DNA from: Callorhinchus milii
Taxonomy: Eukaryota
DNA: 64,000 bases
Direction: 5' to 3'
NCBI RefSeq assembly: GCF_018977255.1
Contig: NW_024704742.1
Span: forward strand, 97,528,001-97,592,000
A model generated the notes under the pieces. It was not told the DNA's origin, made no database searches, and was given only the letters and a program-made list of their open reading frames with translations. Every line of letters begins with the position of its first letter. Position 1 is the first letter of the stretch. A program made the translations under genes and the position numbers. Shown in pieces: positions 25,414 through 37,949 of the stretch.

Positions 25414-26175
25414 TGTAACTTGACGAATGAGTTTTTCAATGGCGACAGGTACTACCAACTGCTATTTCAACTAAAGCAAATTGGGAAGCTTCAGTCAATC
25501 GGTTATTTTACACCTCTGTGATCTCGGCTGAACCTTTTGTGTAATCCCTCCTTTGATTTATACAGAAAGCTCAAGTTAAGCACAGTTAAGTTAGCTCAAC
25601 GGAATTTTATTGTAACTTCGATGAAATCCACAACCTTCGGCATTAAATCTTAAACAGCATGATAAATATCAACAAACTATGAGATAACAAACATTAATCT
25701 CACTTAAACTACACACAGTAACAGCCACTTGTAATGAAGTTAATGTAAAGTGCACGAAGAACCAACCTCTGACTACTACTCATCAATAGTCAAAGCACGT
25801 ACCTTTGTTGTCATCAGGTAGAAAAATAGCAACCATGAGCACTTGGTACTCATTCCTTTATGGGCATTGAGCTCCTCCTTAAATTAGGGTACCCAATGGT
25901 GATTGTATAACACCAGTTACTTGGTGCCTTTCTTATGGTCCAATCAAAATCATCCTTTAAGTGACCCAATAGGGAAACAGTGAACCTTCCTATCCACTTA
26001 TGCAAATTATAGATAGTCAGTTACCCCACCAAATTGTTACAATCGACGCTAGAGTCACACTTGATGGCACCATAAGTATCAAAAATGTTAAATACATAAA
26101 GAAATGTATTTAAAGCACTACTCAATATACTTAAACAACAGACAGGCATAGAAAACAAAAGGGGTGACCGTGACT
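25414..26175 (-). mobile_element. Candidate solo LTR (Gypsy-like)
   Basis: tgtaac...gtgac(t) ends, with the duplicated copy at 27551 reading TGTCACGG; minus-strand AATAAA ~25610; no TSD found. Confidence 0.4.
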
Positions 26176-26306
26176 GGTGTCATCCTTTGAATGAAACATT
26201 CGTCATTCACTCCATAGCTGTTCGTGGGACATTTACCAGGTTCATTTATTCACATTTCTTTGAGAAGATAGCTTCTTGCGGCCCATCATGTAGGTTAGGT
26301 TAATAC

Positions 26307-27543
26307 AACAACAACAACAAAATTACATTTATAGAGCGCCTTTCATGTCAGGAGGACGTCCCAAGGCGCTGGACAGGCAGGGGTCAGGACCCGAGCATGG
26401 GGGAGGGGTGGGGTAGCGGTGAGGGAAGGCAGAGAGGTGGGAGGGCGACCAAAGGCACAATTGAAGAGGAGGGTCTTGAGACCGGCCTTAAAGGAGGCAA
26501 GGGAGGAAGCGAGATGAAGGGAATTTGGAAAGAAATTCCAGAAAGTGGGGGCAGAGGCGCTGAAAGCTCAATGGTAGGCCGGGAGACATGGAGCAGGCCG
26601 GAGCCCGCTGAACAGAGGGAGCGGACAGGTTGGTAGGGAGTCAGAGAGATAGGAAGGATGGCCTTGGATAGCCTTGAAAGTGAGGACGAGGATCTTGAAT
26701 TTGTTCCTCTGAGGGATGGGGAGCCAGTGGAGTCGGGCGAGGGTGGGAATGATGGGGTCACGGGGCCTGGTGCGTGAGAGTACATGAGCTGCAGAGTTTT
26801 GGATGATCTGTAGCTTGTGAAGGAAAGAGTTGGGAAGGCCGATGAGGAGGGAATTTCCATAATCGAGCCTTGATGTGACGAATGCGTGGGTGAGGGTTTC
26901 AGCAGCCTGAGGGGGGAGGCAGTGGTGGAGTCTGGCAATGATGTGGAGGTGGTAATGGGCAGGGCCCACTGTGTTGAAGACAGAGGAGGAGGTTCAAAGG
27001 TGTGGAAGGAGGGATGGGTAATTATTGGATGGGTAATTGTGTGGGGTGGGGGTAGGGAGGGTTGGAAGTTGGGAGGGCAGTGGCAGCTGAGTGGATTCCC
27101 TCAATTTTGGACTCAAGGAAGTCCAGCACTTTCTCGCAGTGAGAGTCAGAGGAAAGTATTTGCGAGGCGTGGCGAGGAGGGCGGAGGAGCCGGTTAGTGT
27201 TGGAGAACAGGAGCCTGGGATTCACCTGGAATAGAAGGATGATTTGGCTGAGGCGAGAGCGCATCGGTAGTTCTTGATGAGGTCCAGCCAGATGTGACAG
27301 TGGACCGTTAGGCCGGATTTGAACCAAGTGCGTTCGGCAGACCGCACATGGGCCTTAAGTGAGCGGAGGTGGCTGGTGAACCAGGGTGAGGATCGGGAAT
27401 AGGAGGCAGTTCGGGAGGTGAGAGGGGCAAGGACGTCGAGTGTGGTGGAGAGGGTGCTGTGTAGAAAAGTGAGTGCAGCGAATGGGTTGTTGCGAGAGGT
27501 GGGCCAGAGGGGGAGGAGATCAGAGGACTCCAGGACAGCGGAG
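26307..27543 (-). mobile_element. L2 fragments (3' end plus an internal segment)
   Basis: SRLDYGNSLL, LHWLP and KILVLTFK motifs, (caa)n tail; abrupt junction at ~26967. Confidence 0.9.
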
Positions 27544-27641
27544 AGACACCTGTCACGGTCACCCCTTTTGTTTTCTATGCCTGTCTGTTGTTTAAGTATA
27601 TCGAGTAGTGCTTTAAATTCATTTCTTTATGTATTTAATAT

Positions 27642-29141
27642 CAGTGCCAGTCACCATCACTGACAAGGCCATCTCTGACCACCATTTCATCTCACTCAAC
27701 TCTCATATCCCTCTCCCCACTGCCTCCAAACCTACCACCATCTTCTACCACCCATGGAAGAAGATCTCCTCGCAATCCCTCGCCGCTGCCCTGGAGTCCT
27801 CTGATCTCCTCCCCCTCTGGCCCACCTCTCGCAACAACCCACTCGCTGCACTCACTCTTCTCCACAGCACCCTCTCCACCGTAACCTCCCAGCTTCGCTC
27901 TTTCTTCTCCTCTCACTCCCTCCATGAACCCCTCCAATTGGGTTTCCGTGCTGCCCACTGCACAGAAACTGCTCTGGTGAAGGTCACAAACGACATCCTG
28001 ACCATGAGCAACCAGGGCTCCCTCTGCGTCCTCGTCCTCTCGACCTCTCCGCTGTCTTTGACACCATGGACCACTCAAACTGAATCTCCTCCAACCCCCG
28101 CACTGTCTCGTGCGGTGTTCCTCAGGGCTCTGTCCTCGGTCCCCTCTTCCCTCTACATGCTCCCCCTTGGTGACACCATCTGCAAACATGGGGTAAATTT
28201 TCACATGTATGCGGATGACAACCAACTCTATCTGTCTGCCTCCACCCTGAACTCCAGGAATCAAGTCCTGGACGAGGGCTAACTTTCTTCAATTCAACGT
28301 CAGCAAGACCGAGGCCCACCTGATTGGCTCGCGCCAGCGCCTCCGCATCTCAGGTCCTGGCAGCATCAGCCTCCACGGCTGCACACTCAACCTCACTAAG
28401 CCAGTCAGGAACCTGTGTATCTTGTTTGACCCTGAACTGTCCTTTCTCCCCCACATCCGCGCCATGACTGGCACTGCCTACCACCACCTCCGCAATATTG
28501 CCAGACTCCGCCACTGCCTCACCCCTCAGGCTGCCGAAACCCTCACTCACGCATTCATCACCTCAAGGCTCGATTACGGGAACTCCCTCCTCATCGGCCT
28601 TCCCAACTCTTCCCTTCACATGCAAAACTCTGCAGCTCATGTACTCTCACACACTAGGCTCCGTGACTCCATCACTCCCACCCTCACCCGCCTCCATTGG
28701 CTCCCGATTCCCCAGAGGATCGAGTTCAAGATCCTTGTCCTCACCTTTAAGGCCATCCATGGCCTTGCCCCCTCCTACCTCTCTGACCTGCTGACTCTCT
28801 ACCAACCTTCCCGCTCCCTCCGTTCATCAGGCTCCAGCCTGCTCCATGTCTCCTGCCCGATCCGCCCGACCATCGGTGGCCGGGCTTTCAGCCTCTCTGC
28901 CCCCACACTCTGGAACTCCATCCCACGGTCCCTTCCCCTCGCTTCCTCCCTTGTCTCCTTCAAGGCCCGTCTCAATATCCTTCTCTTCGACCATGCCTTT
29001 GGTCTCCCTCCCACCTCTCTGCCTTCCCTCACCCCTACACCACCCCTGCCCCATGCTCAGGCCCCAACACCTTACTGTTGAGCGCTTTGGGACATCCTCC
29101 CGACGTGAAAAGCGCTCTATAAATGTAATTTTGTTGTTGTT
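27642..29141 (+). mobile_element. L2 LINE with internal deletions and intact 3' end
   Basis: ISDH, TETALVKVTND, HMYADD, SRLDYGNS and LHWLP motifs; stem-loop tail and (ttg)n. Confidence 0.93.
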
Positions 29142-29664
29142 GATGGTGCAGATGTGGGGGAGAAAGGACAGTTCAGGATCAAATAAGACACATAGGTTCC
29201 TGACTGGCTTAGTGAGGTTCAGTGTGCACATTCCCAATACCTCATTGGTTACCCATTAACCACCAATGAAAAGGATTACAGATGATTTTGTAATCAGATT
29301 TTAATCACATGATCAAAAACAGTTTGGGATGAAAAAGGCTTTTTGGCCCATTTGTTCTATTCTTCCAGAATGCCCATCCTACAGACTTCCCACCACAGTA
29401 CAGCATTGTTTCTTAAATGAGTCCAGTGTGCCCGCTCTGTAAAGAAATAGAAATGGATCTAAAATTGTCCTTCATAACCTTGGTACCTGTGACTTCTTTT
29501 CCTGGTTTGGTATCTGAAAGAATTCTGAGTTCTTGGTGTACTTTCCTCTTCCATTTACCTTTCTATATAACTCAATAGGTCCCTAATATCATGGTTTATA
29601 ACAGTATCTAAGAACCTCACTATATTACAAGTGTCTTATTTACAGTGCATTAGAGTGCAGTGCA

Positions 29665-30027
29665 TGGAGTCCTGTAGCTCAGTGGTTAGAGCACTCGTCT
29701 TGCAAGACCTGAATTCTATTTCGCAGGGCGAAATGTTGGGCAAGTCTCCTTACTCCCCATGCTTGTTTACCTAGCAGTAAGTAGGAACCTGGTTGTTAGC
29801 TGATTAAAGGATCGCTTTTCCGGGGATAATAATCCCTCAAATAACTCAAACAAAAAAACAATAATAATTTGGTCACTCAATCTATAACTGTTTGTGGGAC
29901 ACTGTTGTGCTACAGCGTTTCGCCCACAAATATACAGCCAATTCACTTTACAGTATATTCTGTGAAGTTCTTGAGACTTCTAGAAAACGTGAAAAGAGCT
30001 GTATCAAATGCAAGGATTATTATTATT
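29665..30027 (+). mobile_element. tRNA-derived SINE (long form)
   Basis: Same head and tail as the short form, plus an extra gtttacctagcagtaagtagg...cttttccgggg segment. Confidence 0.9.
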
Positions 30028-30649
30028 AGCAGTAGTAAAATGCCCAAGTATATGATGCATGTCCGAAAATGATTAAATCTTGATAGTATCCATAGTGTTG
30101 CTATTTTTAGCAAGTTCTGCTAAATATTGTGAGCCTGAAATGTGAAAGGATGAGACATTCTGTCTGGAAAAGTATAGTCAAATTATCTTCAACTGTTATA
30201 CAAGTCAACCTATACCATTCATAGGATGACAAAATAGCAACATTAAGTGTTTCGCTTAGGCATATACTAAACTTTTTTGTCATTTTTTATTAGAGGGAGA
30301 AAAATAAATGGCCCAACAGAGACAAGGTGCAGTAATATGTCATATGAACTTTACCCTGGAGAGTCAATTTTCCATCTCATGCAGTCTGGTTTTGACTACA
30401 GATGAAGGCTTATTCCCAAGGCTGGCTTTTAGCGTGATGTCTGAATATCAAACACAAGTAAGCCAAAGTTTGATCTAAATTTGGTATGTGGTGTAAAGCC
30501 AACATTAGAGCATTCAGATACTGGAACCACAAACTGGGAGTTGAGTAACAGAAAGCAAAAACATTGTAATTAATTGAAACGGATGGATTAGCTGCATGTC
30601 TGAATTTCTTCTCTCACACAAAAACAGCCTGTGATAAAGTGTTCACAAC

Positions 30650-31140
30650 ACGACAAGACTGGTTTTATGAAGAAGGCCTTTTTGGCCCATTTGATGTAAC
30701 CCTTCCAGAATTACCACCTATTTTCCTCCATTACAGCTTTTAAGCTTGTTTTTAAATAAATCCAGTGTCCTGGCCTCAACCATCCTTCCTGGCAACATGT
30801 TCCAGTTGTTAATTACCCTCTGGAAAAAGAACAACTTCCCGATGTCTATCCTGAAATTGCTCTTTGCAAATCTGAACCAATGTCCGCCTGTTCTACTGTC
30901 ATGGTGCATCCTAAAGCATTGATCTGGATTTGCTATTTCAATCCCGCTTAAAATGTATAAATTGATATATTTTAAATATATAAAATGTTATATACCTCTT
31001 TAGGATGTCTTCTCTCAAGACTCAAGGGTCCTAGTTTGTTTAATTGTTGCTCATATCTCATTCCTCTAACACTGTGAATCATCTTTGTTGCTCTCGTCTA
31101 AACTACCTCTAGGCCTGGATGATTCTAAGATTTGTAGACT
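30650..31140 (-). mobile_element. Old CR1 3' fragment
   Basis: SRTGGH...FFFQRVINNWNMLP...FKNKL, matching the CR1 ORF2 C-terminus. Confidence 0.75.
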
Positions 31141-31252
31141 AGAAGAAATATTCCAACGTCTAACTGTAATTGAGGTTTTACTGGGTCATATAATTCAGAG
31201 CAGTAAAAATCTGGGGCGATGAAAAGGGGCGTTAAGTGTTAATACAATAGAA

Positions 31253-32860
31253 TTGTTAACATATTAACAGTAGTAATAAGTGTTACATATGCGAATCAGC
31301 AGGAAAGAGCAGCAGCATTTGTATCAGTCATAACTGGATTATTTAATGGGGGAAGGGGCCTGCCACAATAATTAAATGCTAGTTTAATAGCAGGAAAGGC
31401 AGAAACCATAGCAACAGTGCTGCAGGAAGGAAGTGGGAGAGGCAAATTGTTGCTAGCATATTGTGTTGGGTTGTGGATAGCTGCCAGTGCATTGTACGTC
31501 ACGTTCCCTTTCATTCCTCTTTTTCAGCAAACCTTGGTCTTTGCTCTTCTGGAACATCCCATAATTTGAACTCCATTTGTACTGTAGCACTTATAACATG
31601 GTTGCACTGTGGACCCCATTCATGGGTGCGTAGATGGTTGCTAACTTGGCCCTGTTGGCTGGCTTTTTGCTCAATAAAAGCTTTCTGTATTATTTTCTTG
31701 TCACTGATTTCACTTCCTGCTGAAATCGCAAAAACAACTACTTTCATTTAGACTTGTTAACATATTAACAGGTAGTAATATGTGTCGCATATGCGAATCA
31801 GTAGGAAAGAGCAGCAGCATTTGTATCAGTCATAACTGAATTATTTAATAGGGGAAGGGGCCTGCCACAATAATTAAATGCTAGTTAACATAACATAACA
31901 TAACAAAACATGTAGGAGCAGGAGTAAACCATTCGGCCCTTCAAGCCTGCCCCGCCATTCAATCATGGCTGATTTTCTAATCTAACTCCAGCTAATACCA
32001 TAACCATGCCTTATCCCCATATCCCTTAATCCCTTTTGCAATAAGAAATATATCTATCTCAGTCTTGAATATGATCAAGGACTGAGCGTCAACAGCCCTT
32101 TGGGGTAGTGAGTTCCATACATTCACCACCCTTTGAGTGAAGAAAGTTCTTCCTCAACTCAGTGCGAAAGGGCTGGCTTCTGATTTTAAGGTTGTGACCC
32201 CTGGTTTTAGTTTCTCCAACCAGGGGAAGCAATCTCCCACTATCTACTCTATCATGCCCTTTGATGATCTTATAGGTTTCTATAGGATCCCCTCTAATTC
32301 TTCTATTTTCTAGAGAATATAGGCCCAAATTGCTCAGCCTATCCTCGTAACTCATCCCCTTCATCCCTGGTACTAACCTAGTAAATCTATGCTGCACCTC
32401 CTCCAAGGCAAGTGCATCCTTCCTTAAATAAGACCAAAACTGCACACAGTATTCCAGGTGTGGTCTCACCAGGGCCCTATAGAAGAAAAGTTAAATAGCA
32501 GGAAAGGCAGAAACCATAGCAACAGTGCTGCAGGAAGGAAGTGGGAGAGGCAAATTGTTGCTAGCATATTGTGTTGGGTTGTGGATAGCTGCCAGTGCAT
32601 TGTACGTCACGTTCCCTTTCATTCCTCTTTTTCAGCAAACCTTGGTCTTTGCTCTTCTGGAACATCCCATAATTGGAGCTCCATTTGCACTGTAGCACTT
32701 ATAACATGGTTGCACTGTGGACCCCATTCATGTGTGCGTAGATGGTTGCTTACTTGGTCCTGTTGGCTGGCTTTTTGCTCAAAAAAAGCTTTCTGTGTTA
32801 TTTTCTTGTCACTAATATCACTCCCTGCTCAATTCGCAAAAAACAATTATTTTCATTTAA
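31253..32860. repeat. ~500-bp tandem duplication, second unit interrupted by a CR1
   Basis: 31253-31750 is repeated as 31754-31888 plus 32489-32860 with few mismatches. Confidence 0.95.
31889..32481 (-). mobile_element. 5'-truncated CR1 with 6-bp TSD
   Basis: RPHLEYCVQFWS motif, (ttatg)n tail, agttaa duplicated at 31883-31888 and 32489-32494. Confidence 0.93.
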
Positions 32861-33777
32861 TAGGGTTTTCTAGTGTTAAAAAAAGGGCTGATTTTGGTAT
32901 TGTTGAAGTTGTCCATTTTTGGTTTTGCAGTAGAAACCAATCACTCCCCAAGCAGTCATTAACTAAAAAATGGTGACCAAACCAGGGCAAAAAAGCTGGA
33001 GCAAAGGAATCTGATATTCAGGCGCCTCTTCTAACCTTCACTATATACACAGAGCTAGGATAGCCAACTCTGCTTGGATGTATTCCTAGAGGTTTCATCA
33101 CATGACTTGGTGAAATGGCTTTAAGGACTGAGCTACTGAAAGCTCATTCCGTTACTAAGCATATTTCTACACTATTTTCTTCCCATCTGGCACATATTGT
33201 TTTTTTAAGCTTCAATGATTTAATTAACTGGTTTGAGAACATTGAATAATTTAGTAATCATTGCATTGCCTATAGACCCTTTCATGTCAGGAGGACATCT
33301 CAACGCACTTCACAGGATCTACTGGGAGCAGAATTTCATCCCACTCCCACTATAGGTCTATATGGTATATTTTGATAGTTTTGAATGTGGTCAAACATCT
33401 GAATGTAAGTACTCTGCAGATTGAAGTTAATGCTAAAACTTCAATAGAGTTACTTGAATTGGGAAGAATTGTATTCTTATTGTAGATTGTGAGACTCAAC
33501 TCCAAGTGCAAATCTGAAGCTAATGTGTACAAGATGGATCACCCACATTTCACAGATATTGTTATGTTGTAAATCAATGTTGGAGACTACAGGGTAACCT
33601 TCGTATATGAAGCATTTTTCATCTTTTTTTACTTTGTGTACATTTAACATCTATAATAATCCTTGCATTTGATATCCTTGCATTTGATATAGCACCTTAT
33701 CACACCTTTGTGACATCTCAAAGCGCTTCAAAGAATATACTGTATAATGAATTGAATGTTCATTTTGCAGGAGAAAG

Positions 33778-34072
33778 TTTTAATCTATAGCCCACCCACA
33801 GCTTCCTTCACTTGGTAAACACTCTTAATTATGGTATCATGTCTATTTAAACATCTGTTTAAATGGACAACTAACCAAGAAAGACCAATAAATCCAATGT
33901 ATTTTTTTAATCTATAGCCCACCCACAGCTTCCTTCACTTGGCAAACACTCTTAATTGTAGCATCATGTCTATTTAAACATCTGTTTAAATGGACAACTA
34001 ACCAAGAAAGACCAATAAATTCAATGTATTTTTTTAATCTATAGCCCACCCATAGCTTCCTTCACTTGGTAA
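33778..34072. repeat. 127-bp tandem repeat, ~2.3 copies
   Basis: taatctatagcccaccca recurs at 33781, 33908 and 34035. Confidence 0.95.
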
Positions 34073-34296
34073 AAGACTTCACTCTCCTTTTGACCATGAG
34101 ATAGCTCTTACATAGTGATTCCATCATATTAATTGCATTAATTAGCTTCAAAAGCATGATGAACAACAACAACTTGAGTTTATACAGTGCCCTTCACACC
34201 CTGCTTGGATTGCTATTCAGTGACAGGATTGGACACCAAGCAAGGGAGAAGGGTTTGGCCTGTGGGCCAGCAGGCATGTGTTAGCTGAATGCAGAG

Positions 34297-35012
34297 TGTA
34301 AGGGTTAATTTATTTCCATGACCCTGCAGTGAAGTAAGGACTGACACAAATGTTGTACAATTAATCAAGGTTTATTAATTCAGATTAATAATGGTTATAA
34401 GTAATTAAAAGAATACATCCAATTATGCTTACGTATCCATGTATACTGCAGTTCAAAACGATTTAAGTTGACTAAACCAAATGCTGCGGAAGAGATAGAG
34501 AGTAGCAATATCAAATTTAATGTCCATTTTAATGTGTCCTTTTTAATCCAAATATATATGTCCATCCAAAGGTATCCAAGTGTTGTTGTACGTTACTCAG
34601 TTCGATCATCCGAAAGTATCCAGGTATTATGGTACATCCAATTCGATCCCTCTCCTTCTTCAATTCTTTTTTCTGATTCTCTTCCCAATCAATTTCCATT
34701 TACACCGTTGATTAGGTGACCTTCACCTATTGTCTTTTGCAAGATGGTTTCTTTGTAAAAACAAATGCAACATAGCTCTCTCTCCAACTGCAGATATTTT
34801 ACCATGAGAAATTGACTGATAAGGAATGAAAACAGTTTGTTGTTTATAAACAATCTTTTGTTTCTCCTCCTTGAGAAAGGATCTTCTTCGAAGCTAGTCA
34901 CGACCAACTTTCTTCATATGAGATTGATCATAGGTTTCAAATATATATAATATATAAACATTGCAAATATAATTTATGATATTATTTAACAGATTAATTA
35001 CAGAATCCTACA
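34297..35012 (-). mobile_element. Solo LTR (716 bp)
   Basis: TGTAAG...CCTACA termini, perfect 4-bp TSD agag on both sides, minus-strand AATAAA at 34371-34376. Confidence 0.8.
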
Positions 35013-35582
35013 AGAGGAAGGGTAGAGGAGTGGGGTACAAGCAAGTCAGAAAATACATTATAAATAAAAACTATTTAAAAGTATCAGAATGTTAACATAT
35101 GAAAAATATTATTAGCCTTAAGACGCAGTCAAGATCATAATAATAATATAATAATCCTTGTATTTGATACAGCTCCTTTTCACATCTTCAAGAGGTCTCA
35201 AAGCGCTTCACAGAATATACTGTAAAGTGAATTGACCGTATACTTTTGTGGGCCAAATGCACCAGCCAATTGCGCATAGCAGTGTTCCACAAACAATCAT
35301 GGATTGAATGACCAAATTTTTAAAATATATATGTATATATATACATGTATATATATATGATCTTTCCAGCCACCATGAACATTCCACAGAAAAGAGTTAA
35401 GGAAGTTGGGTATAATGTATTTTCTTTAGTGAGCAAATTGCATTTTTCACTATGAAGGGAGATAACTAGAGCAAACATTTAAATACCAGGAGATATATGT
35501 TTAAACTGCAGTATGTTAGGTATAAATCGAGTAATCAAAGGGATAAAACTGTGGTCTTTGGAAACAGGTTAAGGACTTTGAA

Positions 35583-35925
35583 GTTGGCTCAGTCGGCAAC
35601 GCTCTTAATTGTGGTTTCATGTCGAGACCTTGAGCTCAAAGATTAGATTGACACTCATTCCAGTGCTGGGGGGAGTGCTGGTGTCCTTCAGATGAAACAT
35701 GTCTGTTTAGATGGACATTAGAATTCCATGGCACTATTTGAAAAAATAAGGGATTAAAGAGAAAAGGAAGATTATTAGCCAACAATCCTCCAAATATATT
35801 GATTAGTCACTTCATGGCTGTGTGTGTGATGTGCTGTGCGGAAATGGGTTGCTCCATTTGTCTCCATAAACACAATCACTGTACCTGTGAAGCAGTTTCA
35901 GATTGGTCAAATTATAAAGATACAT
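35583..35925 (+). mobile_element. Ancient Deu-type SINE
   Basis: ggctcagtcgg head, ggacattagaattccatggcactatttgaa Deu-like core, tgctgtgcggaaatgg 3' region. Confidence 0.6.
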
Positions 35926-36034
35926 CAAGATTATTAGAATTGGGTTTAAGAAGCAATGTGTTTTGGAAGAGAAAGGCCAGAAAGACATGGTGAGAAGTTT
36001 GATAGGTGGCTCTGTGTGGACATTGAAAAAGGAA

Positions 36035-36632
36035 GAAATAGCATTCATATAGTGCCTTTCATGTTGGAAGGACGTCCCAAGACACTGGACAGTGAAGGGT
36101 TGGAACTGGGGATTGAAGACAAGAGGGTTAGAGGGCAAGGGGGGGGGGGGGGTGGAGGTAGGAGGATCATCGAAGGCATGGTCAAAGAGGAAGGTCTTTA
36201 CAGGCATTGAAGGAGGCAAAGGAGTAGGCAAGGCAGAGGGCTCCTGAATGGAGTTCCAGAGGGTGGGATCAGAATTGCTGAAAAGCTGATCACCATATGG
36301 TGGAGCGGGCAAGGTGGGGAAAATGGAACAGACTCGTGCCTCCCGAGTGGAGAGAGCAGGCAGGTAATATTTCAGTAGGTCACAGAGCTGGGATGAGCAA
36401 GTGCGTGGATGGCTTAAAATGAGAGTATGATGATCTTGAAATCGATTCTCTGAGGTATGGTGAGCCAGCGAAGCCAGGCAAGGATAAGGGCGATCAGTTC
36501 ACGGAGCTTAGAGTGGGAGAGGATACAAACTGTAGAGTTCTGAAAAATCTGTAGCATGTGGAGAGAAGAGTTGGAAAGACTGGCAAGCAGGGAGTTGGCA
36601 TAATCAAGCCTGGACATGATGAAAAAGGTGGA
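36035..36632 (-). mobile_element. L2 3' fragment
   Basis: SRLDYANSLL, LRWLTIPQRIDFKI and KTFLFDHAF motifs; type A tail. Confidence 0.85.
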
Positions 36633-36634
36633 TG

Positions 36635-37228
36635 AGGGTCTCCCTACACATAGGATTTTGGCCTGCATGGTTAACAGGTGCTGAGTGGGATGACTCCCTG
36701 CCCCCAGTGGTCGGTCTGCCCTTCCAAGTCTGGCCGATGAGCCAGGCTGGCTGTGCCTTCATCAGCGGTGGCCTGGAATATTGTGGACCTGCATGGTTGA
36801 GGAACCGGACTACAGAGACCCCCCAGACAGCTGGCTTCATTCCACCATTCTGTTAGTAAACATGTCACCTTGGAGCCTGTTCAGCTCCATGGAGACCCCG
36901 CTTACCTCCGCCATCCAAGGAGGATAGTTTCCAGTTGGTTGTCCTTCCAACATGAAAGGCGCTATATGAGCAAGCTCAGGTTTGACCCCTTACGAGGTGA
37001 ATGGTGGGTACCAGGACCCTACGAGTTTCCCGGTGGGCAACGCAACTCAGCATGAATTGTGAGAGAGCATTGCCTCCAACTTCCTCTCCGCAGCTTGGGC
37101 ACACGTCCCGTCCCATTGAACAATGATTCCACCAATCGGATAGACTGTATGAGTTCCTAATCCCATTATAGGGCTTCAACCAACAATCTTCTGACTCGGA
37201 GGTGAGCCTGCTTCCAACTGGGACAGCC
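36635..37228 (-). mobile_element. Composite tRNA-headed SINE-like element with an unrecognised GC-rich body
   Basis: Head cccagttggaagc...tcacctccgagtcagaag resembles the Deu-type SINE heads in the window; body is homologous to 39300-39450. Confidence 0.5.
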
Positions 37229-37949
37229 ATTATTTATGATTATCCCCAAATGATTATGTTTCTTTGAAATGATCGTAATAAAGCCTAGTTAACCAACTTT
37301 CTGAATAAATACTAATGCATTAGTCATATATCAGTCTGAAATTTGACATTGCAATTTTGTAAACATTACCCAATTAGTAGCTACCTTCATGAATCCTACT
37401 TCATATTGCTAAAGAAACTTAATGATCCATTTAGGTTTACGAATACAAAACATCTGTTGCTCCGGCTGTGGGATTTCAAGTGTGAGTCTCACAATGAAAA
37501 TGCACAGGAAGATGTTTTATTAAGACAAAACTCTGTGATTTCTTGTGGTCACAATCATGGAGTGAAGCCATCACATATTTGCTTTGGGGAAGCATGCAAA
37601 AAAAAAGCCATCTTAACAGGCAACTAGAATACTGACTCAGGAAATCAATGGATCAAGCAGAATACACTTTTTTCACAAAATATGTAAATAAAGTACCAAA
37701 ATAATAATGCACATCATCGAAAAAACCTGGTCAGCCAGGTTTCTGACTCATTCCAATGCTTAAGTATATCGAAATCAAACAGAGCATTCCATGCAACCCA
37801 CCTAAACATATAAATGTCATGTATTGGAATGTGCACTCTCTCCCTGTAGGACTCATCCCACTTATCTAATTTCAGAGAATATTAGGCACAGGCTGGCAAG
37901 CGCTGAAGCTTAGGGACACCAATGTATGCAATGGGGTACTGCTTGAATG

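Noticed and set aside
33778..34072. 127-bp hairpin-containing repeat as CRISPR
   Set aside because: The whole unit is duplicated, so there are no variable spacers.
36730..36770. Hammerhead core (ccgatgag / ctgatgaa on the minus strand)
   Set aside because: No GAAA follows the putative stem II.
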